This document shows, piece by piece, positions 10,191 to 17,932 of a stretch of 64,000 nt of DNA. A model generated the notes under the pieces. That model saw only the letters and a list, made by a program, of their open reading frames with translations. It searched no databases and had not been told where the DNA came from. Source of the stretch: an uncultured virus (IMG/VR IMGVR_UViG_2061766007_000763) (Duplodnaviria > Heunggongvirae > Uroviricota > Caudoviricetes); IMG/VR virus record IMGVR_UViG_2061766007_000763. One strand, given 5' to 3'. The translations under genes were made by a program, and so were the position numbers. Every line of letters begins with the position of its first letter. The stretch's first letter is position 1.

Positions 10191-10642
10191 GTAATGCGTA
10201 TCACATTTATATGAAGAAAGAGTCGGATGCAAATTACACCGACCTCGAGTCTCAGTTTCCCGGCCTGTATTATTCCAAATGTACCGGTCTTAACGATAAG
10301 GGTAAACGTAAGAATATTTACTTTGAGTCTTATCCCGAAGAGAAGGGCTCCAGAGTGCATATGGGTTCTGAGGTAAACCGAGAGCCTACCGACATTAGTC
10401 TAACATTGATTTTTCACGGGCCGGTATCAGACAGGCAGGTCGCCTATGAAGGATTTTGTTCTTTTGTTGAAAATAGCAAGATACTATTCTATGATTCTGT
10501 TCGTCTGAAGAAAGTCCTTATAGTATTAAGCGAGCCGGTCAAGCCGGCTAATGAAGTCTTTGTTGGCTCCGACCCTTATACAGAGGTGACATTCAAATTC
10601 AAGAACCTGTGGGGGGAATCCAAGGATTTTGATGATGAATAA
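10187..10642 (+). CDS. Putative distal tail (Dit-like) protein
   Basis: K.KNIYFESYPEE.G.RV...REPTDISLTLIF...EVTFKFKN; size and beta-rich pattern. Confidence 0.5.
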   Translation: MSNAYHIYMKKESDANYTDLESQFPGLYYSKCTGLNDKGKRKNIYFESYPEEKGSRVHMGSEVNREPTDISLTLIFHGPVSDRQVAYEGFCSFVENSKILFYDSVRLKKVLIVLSEPVKPANEVFVGSDPYTEVTFKFKNLWGESKDFDDE

Positions 10643-10784
10643 AGAGTGGTGAAGTTCTTTTTTTATGAGCGAGAGATATGCTGGAGCGCGTATTTCTCTT
10701 ATTCAAACGACCGGTTATACAATGTAATTGTATAAAGTCGGATTTTATTGTTTACTTTTGTGGAAGTAAACAATAATTGTAAGT

Positions 10785-11030
10785 ATGAAACATACACTAA
10801 TCTTCTGGTTTTGCTTGGTATCTGCTATCGGCCTTTTTATTGGAGGTTTCTTTGTGCCTCCAATGGGTATTATTGATGGCAGTGTGATTACATGTGGGGG
10901 TATATTATTTGGTTTTGCCGCATTGAGTCAAATCCGGCCCATTATAGAGGCTGCTGGTACAGCTAAGATTCAGCATGGCAATACGACCATAGAGGTTCAA
11001 GGAAAGGATAAACATAAAGATAACGCATAA
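10785..11030 (+). CDS. Putative holin
   Basis: Two TM segments (FFVPPMGIIDGSV); first gene of the lysis cassette. Confidence 0.6.
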   Translation: MKHTLIFWFCLVSAIGLFIGGFFVPPMGIIDGSVITCGGILFGFAALSQIRPIIEAAGTAKIQHGNTTIEVQGKDKHKDNA

Positions 11031-11233
11031 TGGCACTGAGACAAGTAGAGGTTAAATTTACGGTCTGGGTCGATGAGGTCGGTTCAAGACTGAACAAAGG
11101 TCGTTTAAGAAACGAGATGTCACTTTTTGCACAACATCTTCTTGAAGCATATGATTCCACTCTTGTAGAGGCTACCGTTGATGGGGAAGATATTAAATAC
11201 CCCATAATGCCCGGCGAAAACTATATGAACTAA
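11030..11233 (+). CDS. Small hypothetical protein in the lysis cassette
   Basis: TAATG coupling on both sides. Confidence 0.6.
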   Translation: MALRQVEVKFTVWVDEVGSRLNKGRLRNEMSLFAQHLLEAYDSTLVEATVDGEDIKYPIMPGENYMN

Positions 11234-11657
11234 TGAAACTGATAGTAGAGCGCAAATGGCGCAAAGAAGATTACACCATCGGCATCCTATACGTCAATGG
11301 TGTTCGCTTATGTAACACTCTGGAGGATGCGGTAAGACCAGAGAAGATATACGGCAAGACCGCGATACCGGCTGGCACGTACCGCGTGCTGATGAACACC
11401 AAGAGCCCAAAATTTGAAGGTCGTGCATGGTCTAAGCCGTATGGAGGTATCGTCCCCAGACTTCGTAATGTACCCAATTTTACAAATGTGCTCTTGCATG
11501 TCGGGANNNNNNNNNNNNNNNNNNNNNNNNNNNNNNNNNNNNNNNNNNNNNNNNNAAGCTTACAAATTCTACCAACCGGTATTTTGAGTTAATGGGCAAG
11601 TTGCTGGGTGCCGCACTTGCAGGTGAAGCTATAGATATAACAATTCTTGAGCCATGA
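11233..11657 (+). CDS. DUF5675 family endolysin (L,D-peptidase-like); frame broken by N-gap
   Basis: LIVERKW..EDYTIG.LYVNG..CNTLED..KIYGKTAIPAGTY..SPKF..VPNF..LLHVG; after the gap it reads KLTNSTNRY...IDITILEP* to 11657. Confidence 0.85.
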
Positions 11658-12127
11658 CCAATCGCAACAATGATAGCATCGGCAAGTTGCTGGCGTTCAT
11701 ATTCACGTGGGCCGTCGTACTTACGATAATATTCTGCTCGTTGGCAGGTTGCAAGACTGTCTATGTACCTACTCCGGAGTATCACGAGGTACATGATACT
11801 ATCGTTAAAAAAGAGGTTGAAGTGAAAGAAGTCATAAAGGAGGTGACTGTACGTGATTCCGTTTCCTTTCTCGTCAAAGGAGATACAGTTGTCAAAGAAA
11901 GATGGCACTGGGAACGGGATTACAGATACGAAAAAGCACTGCAAGCGAAGATTGATTCTCTCACCAAACTTAAAAGAGATTCTATTCCTTATCCAGTACC
12001 GGGACCGACTGAATACATCGAGAAACCATTAAAGGGTTGGCAGAAGGTTTTGATTTGGATGGGTGTAATTGAAACAGCTTTGCTCGCCGCGTTTTTATAC
12101 TTCAGAATCCGAAAACGACGCTTTTAG
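11654..12127 (+). CDS. Spanin-like lipoprotein (u-spanin architecture)
   Basis: Lipobox LAGC after a hydrophobic signal; C-terminal TM segment followed by basic RIRKRRF. Confidence 0.75.
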   Translation: MTNRNNDSIGKLLAFIFTWAVVLTIIFCSLAGCKTVYVPTPEYHEVHDTIVKKEVEVKEVIKEVTVRDSVSFLVKGDTVVKERWHWERDYRYEKALQAKIDSLTKLKRDSIPYPVPGPTEYIEKPLKGWQKVLIWMGVIETALLAAFLYFRIRKRRF

Positions 12128-12163
12128 AACAACATGTAAGGTTTTTTATAAGATATTATTTGG

Positions 12164-12472
12164 TTAGGGATTTAGCCATCCGTGAGGATGGCTAAATCTT
12201 TCTATTTCCTTTTTGCATATATAGCACATAAAGACCAAGCAGAATTGGAAGCACAGAGACAGGTAAGACATGAAAAAGGATACAGCCAGAGATTCTATCA
12301 ACCGGCCAGTATTGCGTAATGAATAGACAAAAACTATACAAAAAGTGAAACGCACAGGATGGCTGATGACCAAGAATTGCTTTCCCAGCTTCTTCTCAAG
12401 CCATTTAACCAATCCTGCGTCGTTTACCGCTATTGCAATAAACATCAAAGAGAAAAGTACCGTAGCCTGCAT
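12164..12472 (-). CDS. Small membrane protein
   Basis: Three hydrophobic segments; TATATTTG element at 12481-12488 on the minus strand. Confidence 0.55.
   Translation of the reverse strand: MQATVLFSLMFIAIAVNDAGLVKWLEKKLGKQFLVISHPVRFTFCIVFVYSLRNTGRLIESLAVSFFMSYLSLCFQFCLVFMCYICKKEIERFSHPHGWLNP
12169..12198. terminator. Bidirectional intrinsic terminator
   Basis: GATTTAGCCATCC-GTGA-GGATGGCTAAATC perfect hairpin between convergent genes. Confidence 0.85.
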
Positions 12473-12473
12473 G

Positions 12474-12860
12474 TCATTCGCAAATATAGGGTAACAAAAT
12501 CCTGCTTATTTCGCGCATGAGATAACCTTGGGTCCACGCGGCATCCTCTCCTCCTGCTAAGACATCATAGTGCCGGCATATGGAATATTGTACATGGTCT
12601 ATTTCGTGTGCAATAGTATCCAAAAGCTGCTCTTTGCTGGTGGCCGGGCTTACAAACATGAGGCTCATGGTGGTTGCACTATTGGAAACGGTCATACCCG
12701 TATTCGGATGGAGAAGCACTTCGATAGCCTCTATTATTTTGTATTCCGTCATGCCGAAAGATTGCATTATGGCGTGCATCCGGTCATAATCCCTGCGAGT
12801 ATAGTCGTAGCAGAGTAATATGCCCCAAGCTCCATCTACATCAACATATTTTTCTATCAT
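12474..12860 (-). CDS. HExxH metallopeptidase-like protein
   Basis: DTIAHEIDHVQ...GEDAAW.QGYL. Confidence 0.65.
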   Translation of the reverse strand: MIEKYVDVDGAWGILLCYDYTRRDYDRMHAIMQSFGMTEYKIIEAIEVLLHPNTGMTVSNSATTMSLMFVSPATSKEQLLDTIAHEIDHVQYSICRHYDVLAGGEDAAWTQGYLMREISRILLPYICE

Positions 12861-12899
12861 TTCATTTTATCTTTTTTAAATTATTACTATATTTGTGTC

Positions 12900-12992
12900 A
12901 CGAGGATAGATAGGAGTAGCTACCTATTGACAAGGGTATCAATGCGCCCTTCCTCGTTTCTCAATCGCATTGGTCTTTTAAAGCATTGATAT
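12900..12992 (+). ncRNA. Structured cis-leader RNA of HNH gene 1 (three-way junction plus pseudoknot)
   Basis: Starts 5 nt after TATATTTG (12888-12895); P1 ACGAGGA/TCCTCGT, P2 ATAGG/CCTAT, P3 AGGGT/GCCCT; covaries with the copy at 15106. Confidence 0.75.
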
Positions 12993-13826
12993 ATGAATCA
13001 AGAAGAATTTTGGAAGCCTATAAAGGGCTTTGAGGGGTTTTATGAAGTAAGCAACTTGGGTAGAATAAAATCCTTGGAGCGTATCACCAATCATCCTAAA
13101 GGTAAAAGGCTTGTAAGGGAGTATATATTAAAGCCGTACATAAGTCGCCGTGGTTATTACGAAGTAACCTTATGCAGATTNNNNNNNNNNNNNNNNNNNN
13201 NNNNNNNNNNNNNNNAAATTGTATTAGAGACGTTTGTCCCAAATGTCCAAAATAAACCTTGCATAGACCATATCAATACAAATAAGCTTGACAATCGCCT
13301 ATCAAATCTTCATTGGGTTACTCACAAAGAAAATAGCAATAATCCTATTACCTTGGCAAAAATCAAGAGAGCTCGTAGCGATAAGAATTATATCTCCAAA
13401 ATGCTTGAGTCAAGGCGAGCAAATGGGAAGAAATATGCTCCCATTTATGTTTATCAATACGATAAGAATGGGACTTTTATTAGTAGATATGATAGTCTTT
13501 CAGATGCTTATAGAAAGACGGGCACTACTATAAAAAGCATAACATTAGCACTTGACAATTTTCATTTAACAGGAGGTGGCTATCTTTGGAGTACCACATA
13601 TCACAAACAAGTAACTTATACGCCTAATCCCATTCACAATGCTATTGCTATTTGTGCTTATGATGGCATGGGCAATAAGATAGGAGAATGGAAATCTAAA
13701 AGCGATGCCATTAAGTCGCAGCATATACATCGTCGCACTTTAGAAAAGTGTCTTGCTATGGGCTGTGCATATAAGGACGTTGTCTATAAATATGATAAAA
13801 TCAAAGCATCATATCCCAATGAATAG
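12993..13826 (+). mobile_element. Free-standing NUMOD4-HNH homing endonuclease with NUMOD1-like repeats
   Basis: EFWKPIKGFEGFYEVSNLGRIKS (NUMOD4); CIDHINTNKLDNRLSNLHWVT.KEN (HNH); VYQYDKNG.FI..YDSL.DA (NUMOD1); antisense to the flanking operon. Confidence 0.92.
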
Positions 13827-14217
13827 CAATCCCCTTTGCACTACAATCAGCAAGGTATCTGCAAAGCACAATGCCATCGTAGCCATCCGGGTCGCATATC
13901 ACATCCTTGATATACTTAGCCATGTGTTCCTCATCCTCAATGGAACTGCCCCAATAATCTGCCTTTACCATAGCCGCAAGGTATAACGCATCATACATGT
14001 CGTTTGTGTCAATCTCAACCTTGTACTTGGTAAGCATAGCCTTAACTTCTTCCATTGTAGGCGGCACAACTTTTATCATTCTCTCCGTTTGTGCGTCTTT
14101 TTTCATCATCTTACTTGTGGCGAACTCAAACAACTTTTTGTTGAAATGCCATCCGTAATATGAAAGATATTCCTGCATGTCCTCGGGAATATTATAGTTT
14201 GTAAGTGGTGTGTGCAT
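13801..14217 (-). CDS. Conserved Bacteroidales phage hypothetical protein (DUF7841-like)
   Basis: YLSYYGWHFNKKL; AMVKADYWGSSIEDE.H.A.YIKDVI.DPDGYDG. Confidence 0.8.
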   Translation of the reverse strand: MHTPLTNYNIPEDMQEYLSYYGWHFNKKLFEFATSKMMKKDAQTERMIKVVPPTMEEVKAMLTKYKVEIDTNDMYDALYLAAMVKADYWGSSIEDEEHMAKYIKDVICDPDGYDGIVLCRYLADCSAKGIAIHWDMML

Positions 14218-14281
14218 AATTCTCTATATTTTGTTTGTTAATAATACAAAGGGGCGGGCTCACGCCCAAACCCCTTCAAAA

Positions 14282-14497
14282 TTACATGTAACGACCGCGA
14301 GAGTCGCGAGAACGACGATACATATCCTCCTCGTCTGCATCCTCCCAGCCGTGACGATAGCCCTGACGGTAGCCGTGGTCGTAGTCATCACGGTATCTGC
14401 CGTCATAGCGGTATCCGCCGCGCATATTGCGGCGCATCTCTGAGCGCATCTGCTCTTGTGAGCCTTCGCTCCCTTTGTCAACAAATATCCAACTCAT
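14282..14497 (-). CDS. Small Arg/Asp/Tyr/Gly-rich low-complexity protein
   Basis: GYRYDGRYRDDYDHGYRQGYRHGW...RRSRDSRGRYM. Confidence 0.75.
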   Translation of the reverse strand: MSWIFVDKGSEGSQEQMRSEMRRNMRGGYRYDGRYRDDYDHGYRQGYRHGWEDADEEDMYRRSRDSRGRYM

Positions 14498-14511
14498 TGT
14501 AGTAAGGGTAT

Positions 14512-15060
14512 TTAGGGTTTCGCGGTCTTGGCCGGTCCGCCATTTAGCGTCCTCAAGATATTAAGCATCTCCGCGCTCTGCTGTTCAAGAGTCGCCAGAC
14601 GTTTGTCTTGAGCATTACTCTTTTCCTGCAGGTCGATTATAGACTGAGCCCGTAGCTTTTCCTCTTTGTAGTTGGGATTGAGGCTTTCGAGCATTTTGTC
14701 TCCTTCGGTCAGTATCATCTTGTGATAGTCAACCTCGGTCAAGGCTTTCTTGGAGGCTTGTATCATGCTATCTACAGCCTGAATCATAGCCTCTCTGCTG
14801 CCGGTAAACGTCTCGTTGCCGCGAGCGGCTATCTCCACGTTGACCGGTACATCCGGGATAACCCTGTCATTGCCGTTGACTGTCACTGTGATACTGGTTA
14901 CATGCTGCATACCCATGCCGTTATAGACTCCGGGTGTCTGCTGCTGATACTTAGGTTGCGGAGCGGTTTTCTCTTTAACCACACCTTGCTCAAGAATGGG
15001 CTTATCGCCCTTTCTCAGTATATAAAATGGCGAACCTGCGCCAAGACTTTGAAAATCCAT
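14512..15060 (-). CDS. Hypothetical protein with a C-terminal coiled coil
   Basis: FQSL..GSPFYIL.K N-terminus; long helical C-terminus. Confidence 0.8.
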   Translation of the reverse strand: MDFQSLGAGSPFYILRKGDKPILEQGVVKEKTAPQPKYQQQTPGVYNGMGMQHVTSITVTVNGNDRVIPDVPVNVEIAARGNETFTGSREAMIQAVDSMIQASKKALTEVDYHKMILTEGDKMLESLNPNYKEEKLRAQSIIDLQEKSNAQDKRLATLEQQSAEMLNILRTLNGGPAKTAKP

Positions 15061-15105
15061 TGTTAATCACTTTTGTTCGTTAATACTTTTTTGTACCTTT
15101 GCATT

Positions 15106-15201
15106 AAGGGATAGTTCAGTTTGGCCACTGAATGACAAGAGTATTTCTGAGGCTCTTCCCTTTTTCAAAAATCTCAGAATTATCATAAACTCAGAAAATC
15201 T
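15106..15201 (+). ncRNA. Structured cis-leader RNA of HNH gene 2 (same fold as 12900)
   Basis: Starts 5 nt after TACCTTTG (15094-15101); P1 AAGGGA/TCCCTT, P2 TTCAGT/ACTGAA, P3 AGAGT/GCTCT; same TAG and TGACA junctions. Confidence 0.75.
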
Positions 15202-15819
15202 ATGACAAACGAAGAATTTATTGAGTCTGTTAGGCTCGAAGGAGAAGAGTGGAGAGATGTAGTCGGATGGGAAGGCTACTATATGGTGTCATCTTATGGT
15301 AGAATTTTGTCGTTGGGTAGGTTTGTTAAGTATCATACTTACACAAAGATGATAGAACCTTGCATAAAGCAACAACATAGAGGGAGAAACGGATATTTTT
15401 CTGTCACTCTCAAAAGAGACGGGGAGAAAAAATGTATATCCGTACACCGTTTAGTTGCGATAGCATTTGTTTCTAACCCAAACAATTATCCTTGTATAGA
15501 CCATATAAATGATAACAAAATAGACAACCGTGTATTCAACCTACAATGGTGTACTCACAAGTTTAACAACTCTAAAGGACATCATCGTATTGCCGAATCT
15601 TTATCACAAAAAGGGAAGATACTTACATCAATTAGAAAACCAATAGTTCAGTTAAATACTAATGGAGACCTTGTGCGTATTTTTCCATCCATGACAGATG
15701 CAGACCTTAACGGTTTCCAACATTCGGCAATCCATAGGGTTATCCACAACAAGTTAAAAACTCACAGAGGATTCAAATGGATGTATCTATCCGACTACGA
15801 GAATCTTGTCAATCAGTAA
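15202..15819 (+). mobile_element. Free-standing NUMOD4-HNH homing endonuclease with NUMOD1-like tail
   Basis: EEWRDVVGWEGYYMVSSYGRI; VHRLVAIAFV.NP.NYPCIDHINDNKIDNR.FNLQWCT; KPIVQLN.NG.LV..F.S; antisense insertion. Confidence 0.92.
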
Positions 15820-15851
15820 GTCAAAGAACTTTCGCCTTATCATAAGGCCGT

Positions 15852-16193
15852 TTAGTCTATTGTTCTCGACATCAACTGGAGCAAATTGTTGAATCTGTCG
15901 TTGAAAACAAGGATAGCCCCTGTGCCTCCGATAAGTTCAGCAACTGTCACTGCAGTGCCATCAAACAAAGTAAGGTTCCGTGTAACTCCGTTCAGAGAAA
16001 GAGTAACGGGCAGTGTGGTGGTTGTGCCAGCAGGTATCTCACTTGCGAGTCTCACGGTGAAATATCCAACTGGTGCAAGCCTATCCCTTCTCCATCCCAG
16101 CGCAAGGTCAACAGATGTGTCCGAGACTGTTACGTTGGATGTGGTCAGGTAGGGCACGCCTCCTGCGTTGGTGGTAATACTAAAGCATCCCAT
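15852..16193 (-). CDS. Beta-rich hypothetical protein
   Basis: Thr/Val-rich ORF directly downstream of the CCC protein. Confidence 0.75.
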   Translation of the reverse strand: MGCFSITTNAGGVPYLTTSNVTVSDTSVDLALGWRRDRLAPVGYFTVRLASEIPAGTTTTLPVTLSLNGVTRNLTLFDGTAVTVAELIGGTGAILVFNDRFNNLLQLMSRTID

Positions 16194-16212
16194 AACCAAT
16201 CCTCCTTATGCT

Positions 16213-17088
16213 TTAGAATACGATGTTGCCACCAAAGTTGTTGCCGTAATAGCCGCCGTAGAAACCACCACTATAAGGAGTGTTGTTCACAGCAACGAGG
16301 TTCGGATACTGCACCGGAACTGTGTTAGGCATCTTGTTCTCAATCTCCGTCAACTTGGTCTGCAGAGGTGATACGACGGTGTTGACATAACCAATAATCT
16401 GGTTGGTCTGATTAGCATTGTCAATCTGACCGCGAAGCTGGGTTATGATGTCGGCCTGAGTGTCAATCTTGGACTGCATTTCGCGTTCCTTGAGTGCGCA
16501 GAACTGGTCGTTCATAGCAACGGTCTGAGCGTTAATGGCGTTCAGGATGCTGTTGGCGTTGCGGTCAGCCTGAGTCTCCAGAGCGTTGGTCTGCTGGCAG
16601 ATAGCGAGTCTGTTCTCGCAGCAGCAGTTAGCAAACTGAGCGGCCAGAGAGGCGTCACCTGCCTGAATAGCGTTGACAATCTGGAGGGTTGACATACCCT
16701 GTTGTGCGGCAAGGGTTGCCAGTGCGCTCTGTACATTCTGTACTGCACCGAATACTGTGTTGTAGTCCTGACCCAACATGGTTGCAAGGTTCTGGATTGC
16801 TGAACGTGAAGCCTCACCGTTGGAGTTGATTGCGTTCATAATGAGTTCACGGCCAGAGTCGTTGTTGAGCTGATTGGAGAGGAAGCCAGCACCACCGGCG
16901 TTNNNNNNNNNNCAGCCGCCATTACCCCAACCAAACATCGAGGCGATGATTGCAAGGCCAAACAGGTCAGCGATGCTATTGAAACTGCCGAAACCTCCAC
17001 CAAAGCCATTACCCATGCCAATGGGGATAGAAAACGGAATACTTCCGTTGTTGTTGCCGTTCTCGGGCAACTGATAAATTTCTGCCAT
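16213..17088 (-). CDS. Gly/Asn/Gln-rich coiled-coil protein with a CCC motif
   Basis: Gly-rich N-terminus with a hydrophobic stretch; QFANCCCENRLAICQQTN; Tyr/Gly-rich tail. Confidence 0.85.
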   Translation of the reverse strand: MAEIYQLPENGNNNGSIPFSIPIGMGNGFGGGFGSFNSIADLFGLAIIASMFGWGNGGXXXXNAGGAGFLSNQLNNDSGRELIMNAINSNGEASRSAIQNLATMLGQDYNTVFGAVQNVQSALATLAAQQGMSTLQIVNAIQAGDASLAAQFANCCCENRLAICQQTNALETQADRNANSILNAINAQTVAMNDQFCALKEREMQSKIDTQADIITQLRGQIDNANQTNQIIGYVNTVVSPLQTKLTEIENKMPNTVPVQYPNLVAVNNTPYSGGFYGGYYGNNFGGNIVF

Positions 17089-17214
17089 ATAAAAGCGTTT
17101 TAATTGTTTGTACTAAGTTTAGTTCTCACAATCGCGATTGATATGGCAAAAATAGAGCGGCGCACAACAGAAAACTAACGATTCCGCTGTGCGCCGCAAT
17201 AAGTTGACTTATAA

Positions 17215-17523
17215 TTATTTATCTTCGGACTTGAGTTTCTTGATAGCTTCTATGAGTTTAGCTTTGTTGAAATGTATTTCCTTGAAGCCTTGTATATGTT
17301 CACCTTTTGGCAGTTTGCCTTGACGGATAAGCTCGTAGAACTCGCTTTTCTTTCTGCCGGACATCTTTATTGCGGTGTATGTGCTGACGTAAGGAGAAGA
17401 TATTTCTTTGAGACTACCAAGAAGGGCTCTCTCCTCTTCTTCGGATATATTGGTATTACCGGCATCTATGTTTTCAACCCAGTTCGCCAATATGCTTCTT
17501 ATTTCTTTTAGTATGCTTGACAT
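17215..17523 (-). CDS. AlpA/excisionase-like HTH protein
   Basis: YVSTYTAIKMSGRKKSEFYELIRQGKLPKG. Confidence 0.65.
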   Translation of the reverse strand: MSSILKEIRSILANWVENIDAGNTNISEEEERALLGSLKEISSPYVSTYTAIKMSGRKKSEFYELIRQGKLPKGEHIQGFKEIHFNKAKLIEAIKKLKSEDK

Positions 17524-17848
17524 GAGCTATTGTTGCTGATATAATTAACACCACGGTTAAACTGCAATACACAACAAACATTCCCCAATTAGAAATAGGA
17601 ATATGGAAGATATAGTCAATGGTGTTTATTGTTTCACATGCAAGAATGTATAAAACTAAAAGCATATAGAACACACAGAACTTGAAGTAAATTGCCAGTG
17701 CAATCCATGTCAGCATCATCATTCCGTGCATAACGTATCCTAACCATACCATATCAAGATAGAAATAGGATAAGATACCATTCAATGCACAACATAGCGC
17801 ACCAACCATCGGTACTATCTTCAGCAGGATTAAAAGGAACTTCTTCAT
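17474..17848 (-). CDS. Membrane protein with about four TM segments
   Basis: Continuous hydrophobic helices. Confidence 0.7.
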   Translation of the reverse strand: MKKFLLILLKIVPMVGALCCALNGILSYFYLDMVWLGYVMHGMMMLTWIALAIYFKFCVFYMLLVLYILACETINTIDYIFHIPISNWGMFVVYCSLTVVLIISATIAHVKHTKRNKKHIGELG

Positions 17849-17919
17849 CAGTGAACCCTTTTGCGGTTGGTTGTCACTCCAGCTTTTGTTGCCAACGGCC
17901 CTGCTCTGTTATTGGACAT
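17848..17919 (-). CDS. 23-aa basic micro-ORF
   Basis: MSNNRAGPLATKAGVTTNRKRVH*; TGATG coupling to the next gene. Confidence 0.5.
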   Translation of the reverse strand: MSNNRAGPLATKAGVTTNRKRVH

Positions 17920-17932
17920 TTTCAGAGAAGGC

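Noticed and set aside
12900..15162. HNH leaders as hammerhead ribozymes or group I intron cores
   Set aside because: The junctions are TAG and TGACA, not CUGANGA/GAAA/UH. No P7-type intron motifs were seen, and the HNH genes are intergenic and antisense rather than inside an exon.
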